From an uncultured virus (IMG/VR IMGVR_UViG_3300034356_003109) (Duplodnaviria; Heunggongvirae; Uroviricota; Caudoviricetes), in the IMG/VR virus record IMGVR_UViG_3300034356_003109: 20,000 nucleotides of DNA. One strand, written 5' to 3'. A program made the position numbers and the translations under genes. Below the pieces are notes generated by a model that made no database searches, was not told where the DNA came from, and saw only the letters and a program-made list of their open reading frames with translations. This document shows, piece after piece, positions 8,398-16,401 of this stretch (the first letter of the stretch is position 1; each line of letters opens with the position of its first letter).

Positions 8398-9112
8398 TGT
8401 TTGAGTGTTTTAAATATGTTTGTAAATCTTCTGGAGTTCCTATCGGAAAATGTTCATTAAAAAAATAATGTCCTATTTTCTTTCCCTTATTTATTAAATA
8501 ATTATATGATGGCGCTATATAAAATTCATTTAAAGTTCTATCGTTTTTTTCAAACATTTCTTCACAAGAAGAAAATAAATCAGCAGCTTTTTTCCAGTAA
8601 TGAAAACCGTTTGAAGCAAATTCACTAAGAACCACTTTTTCTTTAACCTCAGTGACATCGCAAAAATCGTTTAATTTTACAAAACTGTTTTTTGGAGATC
8701 TAGAAAAAAAGGTTCCAAGCAAACCGTCGTAATCGTATTTGTGAGCGTATTGTCTAAATTTTTCAACATTGTAGTTACATATAACTTGATCGCAATTTGT
8801 TAATATTAATTCTTCGTTCAGATTTATATTGTTTTTTGCTTCATATGAAGTTTTTGCGGGTCCATCTTTCAATCCATCAATAATATAGAATTCAACACGA
8901 CAAGGAAGTTGAAGATTAATTATTTTTTTAGAAATAGAGAATTTTTCTTCATGCTCTTTCAAGATGCATAAAATAAATTTATCGCTTTTTTCTTGATTCA
9001 AATTCTTAATAACAAGTTCAATCATGTAGCTTCCGTTGACATTTATCAATGGCTTGGGTACTGGTGAATTGAATCTTTTGCCCAGTCCAGCGCATGGTAT
9101 TAAATAATTCAT
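8369..9112 (-). CDS. sugar-phosphate nucleotidyltransferase (NTP_transferase / GT-A fold)
   Basis: LIPCAGLGKRF...PKPLI, GPAKT, NCDQ, VKEK, NEFYIAPSYN, IGTPEDL. Confidence 0.85.
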   Translation of the reverse strand: MNYLIPCAGLGKRFNSPVPKPLINVNGSYMIELVIKNLNQEKSDKFILCILKEHEEKFSISKKIINLQLPCRVEFYIIDGLKDGPAKTSYEAKNNINLNEELILTNCDQVICNYNVEKFRQYAHKYDYDGLLGTFFSRSPKNSFVKLNDFCDVTEVKEKVVLSEFASNGFHYWKKAADLFSSCEEMFEKNDRTLNEFYIAPSYNYLINKGKKIGHYFFNEHFPIGTPEDLQTYLKHSNNEKLIRNIR

Positions 9113-9438
9113 GATTTAAGTTGAAAACATCTCTTGTCTTGCGCAGATGGGGTTTTTACGCAAATAATATTACAATCTTCAAGGAAAGTTGGATCAGAAA
9201 TTTCATAAGGTTCTAATATAAAAATATCGCCTTCTTCTAGAATTTTATCTTGCATAATCATTTTTCCGCTAATTAAAAGATTTATTTCTTTAACTATCGA
9301 GTGGTAATGATATTCGCAAATTTCATTTCTTTTGTGATTTTTGAATGAGACTTCAAAATCTTTTGTTTTATAAGCAGTTGGTTCAAAATTACCTACAAAC
9401 CATCCGCCTTTCATGTCTGATATTTTATACGTTTGCAT
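9109..9438 (-). CDS. cupin-fold protein (putative sugar isomerase/epimerase)
   Basis: GWFVGNFEP N-terminus; HYH-x4-E..LISG metal motif; GDIFILEP second cupin motif. Confidence 0.75.
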   Translation of the reverse strand: MQTYKISDMKGGWFVGNFEPTAYKTKDFEVSFKNHKRNEICEYHYHSIVKEINLLISGKMIMQDKILEEGDIFILEPYEISDPTFLEDCNIICVKTPSAQDKRCFQLKS

Positions 9439-10153
9439 ATTTATTATTAATAAATACTAAATCTTCTTCTATTCCGAGTTCATTTGATATAGAGCTTACT
9501 AATTGAAAATCTTGTTTTTCTAGAAATTCAATTAATTCATTTTTTATTGTTGACTTGTCATATATTTTTGAAAGTCCAACTTCTGTATGAATAGCTTTAA
9601 TATTTTTAAGATGAAAATCAAAACTCTTCAAGACTTCTAATTCGGCACCTTGAACATCCATCCATATTAAATCAATTTGATTTATTGAATTATTTCTTAA
9701 AAAAGAATCCCCTCTTATACATTCCACTTCAATTTCTTCTTGTATATAAGATTTGCCATAATAATGATTATTATTTGCTTTATATAAGGAACTGGCTCCT
9801 ATATTGCCATTAATGACTTTATGAAATTTAATATTGCCATCGATTAATCCAATTGCTTTTTCATAAAAAATTATATTATTTCTATCTTTTATATTTTTTT
9901 TGCACCATTCTGCTGTTTCTGGAATAGGTTCGAAACAATGAATTTTAGAATTCGGAAACCAATCTGACAATTCTAAACTTTGACAAGCGTCTCTAGATCC
10001 AATATCTAAAACATGATTTATGTCTTCTAAATCTATTTTATTTTCAATTTTTTTTATAAAATCAAATGTGTAGCTTAATACAGAACCTTCCCAGTTATTA
10101 TATTTTCTTTCTTTATTTGAGGAAAATGCATTTTTATTATATATAGTTTTCAT
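9425..10153 (-). CDS. FkbM-family methyltransferase
   Basis: VLDIGS, CFEP, GASSL, IDLIWMDVQGAELEVL, IHTEV, Y.....ELIEFL...F. Confidence 0.9.
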   Translation of the reverse strand: MKTIYNKNAFSSNKERKYNNWEGSVLSYTFDFIKKIENKIDLEDINHVLDIGSRDACQSLELSDWFPNSKIHCFEPIPETAEWCKKNIKDRNNIIFYEKAIGLIDGNIKFHKVINGNIGASSLYKANNNHYYGKSYIQEEIEVECIRGDSFLRNNSINQIDLIWMDVQGAELEVLKSFDFHLKNIKAIHTEVGLSKIYDKSTIKNELIEFLEKQDFQLVSSISNELGIEEDLVFINNKYANV

Positions 10154-10746
10154 ATTATATGATCGATTGCTGATTTATCAGCTTTGTATGATGATAAAAA
10201 TTTATTGTACTTTGTCCAAAAAATGTCATTTTCATCATTTATTCTATTTAAAAAAAATGTAAATTCTTCATTTTTTAATTGCATTTTATAAAAATTTTCA
10301 AGTATCATCTGTTCTGCAAATGCGTAGTTCATTTTTTCGTTTTTACTCCATAGTTTTATCATTAAATCTATATCGCCAGCCATTAAATAATCGCAAATAT
10401 ACCCTCCTTCATGGTTATGCCAAAAGAAAAAATTAATTTTATGGGTAAAAATATCAAGTAATTTATTTATATTTTTCGCTACATAATCACTTCTTATTTT
10501 TAAAACATTTTCAAATCCCAACTCTTTAGCTTTTAATAATCCATTCTCAGTTGTTATTTGTTGATAAAATAAATTTCCTACTCCAGAGTTTCGAGGTTTT
10601 TCATTAAAAATAACGTTATCATTTTTTAAATATTTGTTTTCATCCCCTTTCCATGTGGAAAAAATGCAATTTTGATTTTCCGTGGATTTTTTAATTTCTT
10701 CCACTTTTACAGATGGACCTTGGATTACAATACACCATTTTTTCAT
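10150..10746 (-). CDS. WavE-like LPS/glycan biosynthesis protein (putative glycosyltransferase)
   Basis: IVIQGP, STW, GN..YQ..TT.NGL..A, LKIRSD, D....GD, AEQ motif series. Confidence 0.65.
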   Translation of the reverse strand: MKKWCIVIQGPSVKVEEIKKSTENQNCIFSTWKGDENKYLKNDNVIFNEKPRNSGVGNLFYQQITTENGLLKAKELGFENVLKIRSDYVAKNINKLLDIFTHKINFFFWHNHEGGYICDYLMAGDIDLMIKLWSKNEKMNYAFAEQMILENFYKMQLKNEEFTFFLNRINDENDIFWTKYNKFLSSYKADKSAIDHII

Positions 10747-11456
10747 TAAATTTTATCTCTTAGGCTGTTTGATATCTTTTTTATTTTTTCTAATTCAATT
10801 TTGTATTCTGAAAAGTTCCATTTTCCTTTTACTATTGCTGTGGCAATATAAGGCCATATATTAGAATCATAATGTCCGCCTCTTTTATTTTCATTATCGA
10901 AATGAATTAATCCTTGAATTACATTTTTTTGTGATATTTCTTGGCTTTTAATTTCTAATTCCCAAATTGAAGATTTGGGGAATAATTTTAAAAAATCAAT
11001 AAATTTTTGCTTTTTCCATATCGTGGGTTGAACAGCAAAAAAATCTGAAGATCCATTTGTTATTTCATATAAACAATCTATTTCTTTGATTTTTTGTACT
11101 TTTAAATTTCCAGTTCTGCATAGTCTAATAAATGAATATTTACTGTTAGAAAGAAAATTTATATAATCATTTATTTTTTTAAAATCCGGTTTGCTGTATA
11201 AAAACATATCTTCATGTTGATAAAATATATATTCGCTATTTATCTTTTCTAAACATTGAATAAGTCTTTCTGAATAAATCAAAGAATCATCATATATAAT
11301 ATGTTGATTTTTTTCATTAAATTTTTTATTAGCAAGAATACAAATTTCATCTTTATCAATTCCATATCTTTCTTGTTCTTCTAAGAATATTTCTAATACA
11401 TCAAAGTATTCTGAATTTGTATAAACTATATCTTTAATTATTGATTGCATGTTCAT
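10746..11456 (-). CDS. putative GT-A-like glycosyltransferase
   Basis: YSERL..CL..I..EYIFYQHEDMFL, IRL, QPTIWKK, WELE, AIVKGKW, plus operon context. Start set at 11456 (ATGA overlap). Confidence 0.55.
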   Translation of the reverse strand: MNMQSIIKDIVYTNSEYFDVLEIFLEEQERYGIDKDEICILANKKFNEKNQHIIYDDSLIYSERLIQCLEKINSEYIFYQHEDMFLYSKPDFKKINDYINFLSNSKYSFIRLCRTGNLKVQKIKEIDCLYEITNGSSDFFAVQPTIWKKQKFIDFLKLFPKSSIWELEIKSQEISQKNVIQGLIHFDNENKRGGHYDSNIWPYIATAIVKGKWNFSEYKIELEKIKKISNSLRDKI

Positions 11457-12145
11457 ACCCATACACACGTTCTATTTGTAAAAAATCCATTCGCATAATA
11501 ATCTCTTTTAAAACCTTCAGATTGTAACCAAGGATTTAATGTTGATCCTATATCTAAGTAAATGTTTTTTTTGTTAGATTCGTAAAGTTGATGAGCTAAT
11601 AAATTTCCAAAAGGTCCAGCGCAAAAAAGAAATAGTTTATTTGTAAGATTTTTTTGTTTTATTTCTTCAATTAATTTATAATTATTGACCCATGCGCTAA
11701 ATCCTATAGGATAAAACTGTTCAATCTTAAACGGTAGATTATCTATTTTTGATTTTTCATTCGCTATTAAATGGATATCATAATTTTTATATTCTTTAAC
11801 AAATGTTTCTTTATAAATTTCATAATTTGAATTTACAAATACATTTGCAAAAGTTAAATGATCATAATCTTGACCAGAAAAATTAATCATTTTTTGAGAT
11901 TCGCCACCTTGACAACAAGGGCAAGATACGCCCACATAATAGTTGGGATCTTTATATTGGAAAGATTCAATTAGTTTATTTTTGAAAAAAGATGGAGTCA
12001 ATGGTGTTTTTTCAAATTCTCTATTATTTAAATTAACATCATTTATAATAGCCCATTCGCCGTCAGCATATTTAGAAAAAGAAAAAGGTGATCCTTTCTT
12101 AAAAAGATCAAATATTCTATAAATTTCTGATTCAAAGTTTTTCAT
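11453..12145 (-). CDS. GT-D fold (DUF1792-like) putative glycosyltransferase
   Basis: FSFSKYADGE...LFCAGPFG..L...YLDIGS.L.P resembles the GT-D R[FY]GDGE / LDIG motifs. Confidence 0.6.
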   Translation of the reverse strand: MKNFESEIYRIFDLFKKGSPFSFSKYADGEWAIINDVNLNNREFEKTPLTPSFFKNKLIESFQYKDPNYYVGVSCPCCQGGESQKMINFSGQDYDHLTFANVFVNSNYEIYKETFVKEYKNYDIHLIANEKSKIDNLPFKIEQFYPIGFSAWVNNYKLIEEIKQKNLTNKLFLFCAGPFGNLLAHQLYESNKKNIYLDIGSTLNPWLQSEGFKRDYYANGFFTNRTCVWV

Positions 12146-13133
12146 TACTGAGTATTGTTAAAATCTTTTTTGCACTTTTACCGTTTCCGTATGGACATTT
12201 CTTAGATATTAGAAAATTATTATTGATTTTCAAAAAATGGTCTTGCAAATCTTCTGGTTTTTGGCACAAATAAATATGTCCAGAATGTATACCTTCTGGT
12301 CTTTCAGTTGTTTTTCTACAAACAATTATCTTTTTGTTAAAAAAAGAAGCTTCTTCCTGAATTCCTCCTGAATCTGTTATTACAAATTTACAATCTTTTA
12401 ATATACATATTAATTCTGAATGTTGTAAAGGATCGATTTTTTTAATGTGTTTATAATTATTAGCTTCAGATTTAATAATGGGATTTGGATGAATTGGATA
12501 TATGAATTGTATATCTTTATTTTTTTCGGCTATTTTATCTATTTCTAAAAGCCAATTTTTTATTATTGGTAGATTTTCATTTCTATGTAAAGTGATCAAG
12601 ACTTTATTATTGTAGCTAATATTATTTTTGAACTTAACCAAATTGTCTAATGAAGTGTTTCCAACAACATATATTTGACCTTTTACTTTCTCTTTCTTTA
12701 GATTTTTTGCCGATAGTTTTGTTGGGCATAAGTTAATATCAGCTATTCTTGAAACAATTTGCCTGTATCCTTCTTCTGGAAATGGATTTTCTAAATCATA
12801 AGTTCTAAGACCTGATTCTAAATATATGATTTTTTTCTTCAAGTGATAAGCGACTATAGACGTTGCAGCTACGGTTGCGGTATCTCCTTGAATAAGAATA
12901 GCATCAAATTGAGAAATTATAGATTCTGTCTTTTTGAAAATTTGTTCGAAAATACTATTTAATCGATTTGAACAATTACTTTCTATATCTACAGAAAAAT
13001 CATTATCACCAAAATCAATAATGTTAGTGTGTTGTTTTACAAATAAAGTTTTTATCTGATTATTTGAAGCGGTTATAACAGGTTTAATTTTAAGAAATTC
13101 AGGTCTTGTGCCAAAAATAGCAAGGATTTTCAT
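12132..13133 (-). CDS. wecB: UDP-N-acetylglucosamine 2-epimerase (non-hydrolysing)
   Basis: FGTRPE..K, QH, QGDT, ESGLRT..L..PFPEE..R, VGNT..D, TLHR.EN, TDSGGIQEEA, TERPE, PYGNG. Confidence 0.93.
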   Translation of the reverse strand: MKILAIFGTRPEFLKIKPVITASNNQIKTLFVKQHTNIIDFGDNDFSVDIESNCSNRLNSIFEQIFKKTESIISQFDAILIQGDTATVAATSIVAYHLKKKIIYLESGLRTYDLENPFPEEGYRQIVSRIADINLCPTKLSAKNLKKEKVKGQIYVVGNTSLDNLVKFKNNISYNNKVLITLHRNENLPIIKNWLLEIDKIAEKNKDIQFIYPIHPNPIIKSEANNYKHIKKIDPLQHSELICILKDCKFVITDSGGIQEEASFFNKKIIVCRKTTERPEGIHSGHIYLCQKPEDLQDHFLKINNNFLISKKCPYGNGKSAKKILTILSNEKL

Positions 13134-13870
13134 AGTTCGTTTATGTATTTAAATCCCTTGTTTTTATAATGCACCAAATTTCTTCCAAAATGACTTCCGT
13201 GATAATTACAGGAAATACCTACGGAATCCACTCCGAGTTTCCAAGCTAAATCTCTCTTGCTTCCCCACATCTCTGGATCATTTATTGGATGAGGTGGAAC
13301 ATATGTATTTAAATTTAAATACTTCTGTATTGCGTAAGAAAAATGAACGTCTTCTCCAGAAAGATAATGAAGTGGAAGTTCTGCTTCTCTCCAATATGCT
13401 CCAAGCCATTCTCTTTTAAAGAACCAACTATGACCTACTATATCGACTTTCTTTGATTGTTCGTTTGGATTATCCCATCCATGACGATCATAATTTCTAT
13501 ATTCAAGATCTTTAAAAATAACGCCTATAGTACCCAGCAAGCCTTCATGTTCTTGAATCGTATTGTAGCAATTTTCTAACCATTTTTTACCAGGAATCGT
13601 GTCATCATCAAAAATACAAACGTATTTTGTTCTACAGTTTAAAGCATAAGCGAACCGAGACCAAACTCCAAAATTTGCATTTGATATGGCTGTAGCGCAA
13701 TTATTTGCTACTTCTAAATCTAGAGGTTTAAAATTTTCTAATTCTCCTTTATTCTGCCAAATGAAAATATTTTTAGGTTGCAAAGTCTGATTAGCTAACG
13801 CTTCATATTGCATTCTTGCTGCGTGAGGTCTTTTAAACCAATTAAATATTACAGATATATCGTTATTCAT
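13130..13870 (-). CDS. GT-A fold glycosyltransferase (GT2-like)
   Basis: N-terminal SVI....KRP, FDDDTIPG DxD motif, GEDVHFS. Confidence 0.8.
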   Translation of the reverse strand: MNNDISVIFNWFKRPHAARMQYEALANQTLQPKNIFIWQNKGELENFKPLDLEVANNCATAISNANFGVWSRFAYALNCRTKYVCIFDDDTIPGKKWLENCYNTIQEHEGLLGTIGVIFKDLEYRNYDRHGWDNPNEQSKKVDIVGHSWFFKREWLGAYWREAELPLHYLSGEDVHFSYAIQKYLNLNTYVPPHPINDPEMWGSKRDLAWKLGVDSVGISCNYHGSHFGRNLVHYKNKGFKYINEL

Positions 13871-14730
13871 ATTTTTTCCCAGAAAGTTAAAGCTGCTTTA
13901 TAGCATTTTTCTTTAAATTCGTTAATTCCAATTTTAGATATTTCATTTAAACATCCTATTTTATTTTGTTTAGAAGTGAGAATTAGCGTTCCACATAGAA
14001 CTGCTTCTGCAACTGATCGGCAAAACGGTTCATTAAGATTAGGATTGTAAAACATGTATTTATATTTATTATAAATAGTTGGCATTTCTTCATATTTAAC
14101 TAATCCTAGATATTCTATGTTTTTTATAGAACTGCATAAATGATATAAAATGTTGTTGTCTGTCCATCCAGCAACAACGAATTGTTGATTCGGATTCGCC
14201 AAAGCAAAATCAAAAAATTCAAACGCTCCTTTCAGTGGATGCATATAACCTGAGTATAAAATTTTCTCTTCTCTCTCTAAATTTAAATTTCTAAAATTAA
14301 GACAATCTATTGGATCATATATAATTTCTACATTTTTAAAAATATCTCCATATTTTTCTTTAAAAAAAGAAGCATGAAAATCACTTAAAAAGATACTTTT
14401 AATACATGATCCAAATAACTTTATCCTATCTTCTTGTTTAAGATATTCATTTGAATCGTGTTCTAGTCTTACATGATATTTATGTTTAGAAATTTCATCT
14501 ATCAAACTTGTATTTTTAAAATATAAAGAACATAGATTTGATGTTATAAGAATATCAAAGTTATGAATATTGATTGAAGAATTATATGTGTCATGATTCA
14601 GATTCAGTATTTTATACCCAAGAAGCTTTCCTTGATCTATTATTATCTTGTCGCTTCTTTGTGCGCCACCTGGAGCTTGATCTAAATCATAGTCAGATAA
14701 CCATAGTATTTTTTGGTTGACATTTATCAT
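13867..14730 (-). CDS. GT-B fold glycosyltransferase (GT4-like)
   Basis: GGAQ near the N-terminus, G.MH..KG, YLG.V.YEEMP.IYN, EPFCRSVAEA (E-x7-E). Confidence 0.85.
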   Translation of the reverse strand: MINVNQKILWLSDYDLDQAPGGAQRSDKIIIDQGKLLGYKILNLNHDTYNSSINIHNFDILITSNLCSLYFKNTSLIDEISKHKYHVRLEHDSNEYLKQEDRIKLFGSCIKSIFLSDFHASFFKEKYGDIFKNVEIIYDPIDCLNFRNLNLEREEKILYSGYMHPLKGAFEFFDFALANPNQQFVVAGWTDNNILYHLCSSIKNIEYLGLVKYEEMPTIYNKYKYMFYNPNLNEPFCRSVAEAVLCGTLILTSKQNKIGCLNEISKIGINEFKEKCYKAALTFWEKI

Positions 14731-14750
14731 TTAAAGAATATAGTAATCTT
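14717..14750. promoter_or_regulatory. overlapping divergent promoters
   Basis: Plus strand: TTGACA(14717-22)-N16-TATAGT(14739-44)-N6-ATG 14751. Minus strand: TATATT(14742-37)-N6-ATG 14730, with no clear -35. Confidence 0.6.
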
Positions 14751-15056
14751 ATGATTAGGACTTTAGGATTTCAAGACAATTTTTACTTAGTAATATGTGC
14801 TGATATAGAGTGTATGGTTTTAGCTAATTCATTCGAAGAGGCTGCGACAAATGGTTTAAAAAATATATTAAATAGACTCGGATTGAAAACAAATCTTTCT
14901 TTCTTGATAAGTGTCGATTTAATAAATAATCATGAAATAGAAACGTCCATTTTTCACACTTCGTCTATTTTAAACGACCTTGGCTATTTTAAATTGGCGA
15001 AAGATTTGGAATCTTTGAGTGATTTTTTCCTTGACAAAGGAGAAAATTCTCATTAA
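14751..15056 (+). CDS. hypothetical protein
   Basis: 101 aa ORF directly behind a consensus promoter. Confidence 0.65.
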   Translation: MIRTLGFQDNFYLVICADIECMVLANSFEEAATNGLKNILNRLGLKTNLSFLISVDLINNHEIETSIFHTSSILNDLGYFKLAKDLESLSDFFLDKGENSH

Positions 15057-15059
15057 ACT
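15031..15059 (+). promoter_or_regulatory. sigma70-type promoter
   Basis: TTGACA-N17-TAAACT. Confidence 0.7.
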
Positions 15060-15180
15060 CTGAAGCGAAGCGAAAGAGTTTAATTAATCTTAAGAAGATC
15101 TTACATAAAATCTTAAATAATATCTTAATAAAAAGTTAGGTTAATCTAAAGAGCGAAACCTAAAGAGCGAAACCTAAGAG
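15052..15180. repeat. repeat-rich intergenic region (inverted repeat, phased ATCTTA repeats, 14-bp tandem repeat); candidate replication origin or operator
   Basis: 10-bp inverted repeat ATTAAACTCT/AGAGTTTAAT (15052-61/15075-84). ATCTTA at 15087, 15098, 15110 and 15122. CTAAAGAGCGAAAC twice (15146-15173) plus a partial third copy. Confidence 0.7.
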
Positions 15181-15224
15181 AAATGAACAAGACTCATAAA
15201 TTTATAATACGAAGAAGAAAAAAA

Positions 15225-15812
15225 ATGATTTCAAAAGAATTACCTTTAATATTCGGTATTGCTGGCGTAGCAAGATGCGGCAAAGACACGCTTGGAAAAC
15301 ACCTCATAAGTAAACTTAATAAATCTGGATTCCCAGCGATGAATATCTCATTCGCTATGGAATTAAAAAGAGACTTAGAGCCTTTCTTAAAAGAAAAACT
15401 CAATGTTTCAGCTTTTACAGAAATTAATTCTGAAAAAGATCTTATTCGACCAATCCTTGTTTGCTGGGGAACTGACGTTTGCAGAAAAATTGATCCTGAT
15501 TATTGGATAAAAAAAGTTGAAAAGCAGATAAAATCTTCTATAAACAATAAAATCATAGTTGTCGTCACAGACGTTCGTTACGAAAACGAGTCTAAATGGA
15601 TAAAAGAAAACGGCGGCTTCATGATTCATCTTAGCAGAATGGGTCAAAAACCTTCTAACTTTCAAGAAAGATTAAACGATCCGATTGTAAAACGAAACTC
15701 AGACTACACAATCAAGTGGAAAACGTTTACCGATGAAAAAGAAACTTGCAATTATCATCTAAGCAAGTTATTCTATCAGAAAGGATGGTCAACATATGGA
15801 GACTTTAAGTGA
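15225..15812 (+). CDS. deoxynucleoside monophosphate kinase
   Basis: GIAGVARCGKDT P-loop, SFA..LK, R..L..WGTD..R...PDYWI, VVTDVRYENE..WIK..GG. The start could also be 15183. Confidence 0.85.
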   Translation: MISKELPLIFGIAGVARCGKDTLGKHLISKLNKSGFPAMNISFAMELKRDLEPFLKEKLNVSAFTEINSEKDLIRPILVCWGTDVCRKIDPDYWIKKVEKQIKSSINNKIIVVVTDVRYENESKWIKENGGFMIHLSRMGQKPSNFQERLNDPIVKRNSDYTIKWKTFTDEKETCNYHLSKLFYQKGWSTYGDFK

Positions 15813-16401
15813 TTTAGATTTAATCAACAGCATTAAAAACAAGAATAAAATAAATGAATGTCTACAAGAACTTATAGACAGGCATTCGGGAATTTACTTG
15901 GACATAGTAAATTCTTTTCTCAAGAACTGTAACAACGATTCATTGAGACATGAAATAATAAACGACAAAGAATACGCAATTTATAATTCCGTTCTTAAGT
16001 ACGACGAGAATCGCGGCACTAAGTTTTCTACATTTCTCGGTAATGAAGCTAAATGGATATGTTTAAACGCTTCTAATAAGAATAAAAAATATGTAGAATT
16101 AAACGACAACACTTACGATTTTGAATGCATAAAAGATGAGTACGAACAAACTTCTATAAATCTTCAAGATCAAATACTGAAAGATTTTAATGAACACATA
16201 TCTAAACACCCAGACAAGCGAATACAAAAAATCTTTTCAATGCGTTATTCTGGCAATAAAAAACTTATTCCTTGGAGGAAGATAAGTAAAACAATGAATT
16301 TAAGCATTCAAGGATGCATAAATATACACAACGCAGCTTTAAATTCTATTTCTAAAAACATAAGATCCAAATATGAAATTATTAGTCAACGCTCCAATTA
16401 A
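15796..16401 (+). CDS. phage-encoded sigma70-family RNA polymerase sigma factor (regions 2 and 4)
   Basis: SD.DLI, L.ELI.RH, YDENRGTKFSTFL (region 2.3), and C-terminal HTH IFSMRY...WRKISKTMNLSIQ....IH..AL. Confidence 0.85.
   Translation: METLSDLDLINSIKNKNKINECLQELIDRHSGIYLDIVNSFLKNCNNDSLRHEIINDKEYAIYNSVLKYDENRGTKFSTFLGNEAKWICLNASNKNKKYVELNDNTYDFECIKDEYEQTSINLQDQILKDFNEHISKHPDKRIQKIFSMRYSGNKKLIPWRKISKTMNLSIQGCINIHNAALNSISKNIRSKYEIISQRSN

Noticed and set aside
5690..14730. Ordinary bacterial O-antigen or capsule locus
   Set aside because: No wzx/wzy/kps or membrane proteins, and the flanking genes are phage-type (S74 fibre, tail-tube-like protein, dNMP kinase, UvsX-like recombinase).
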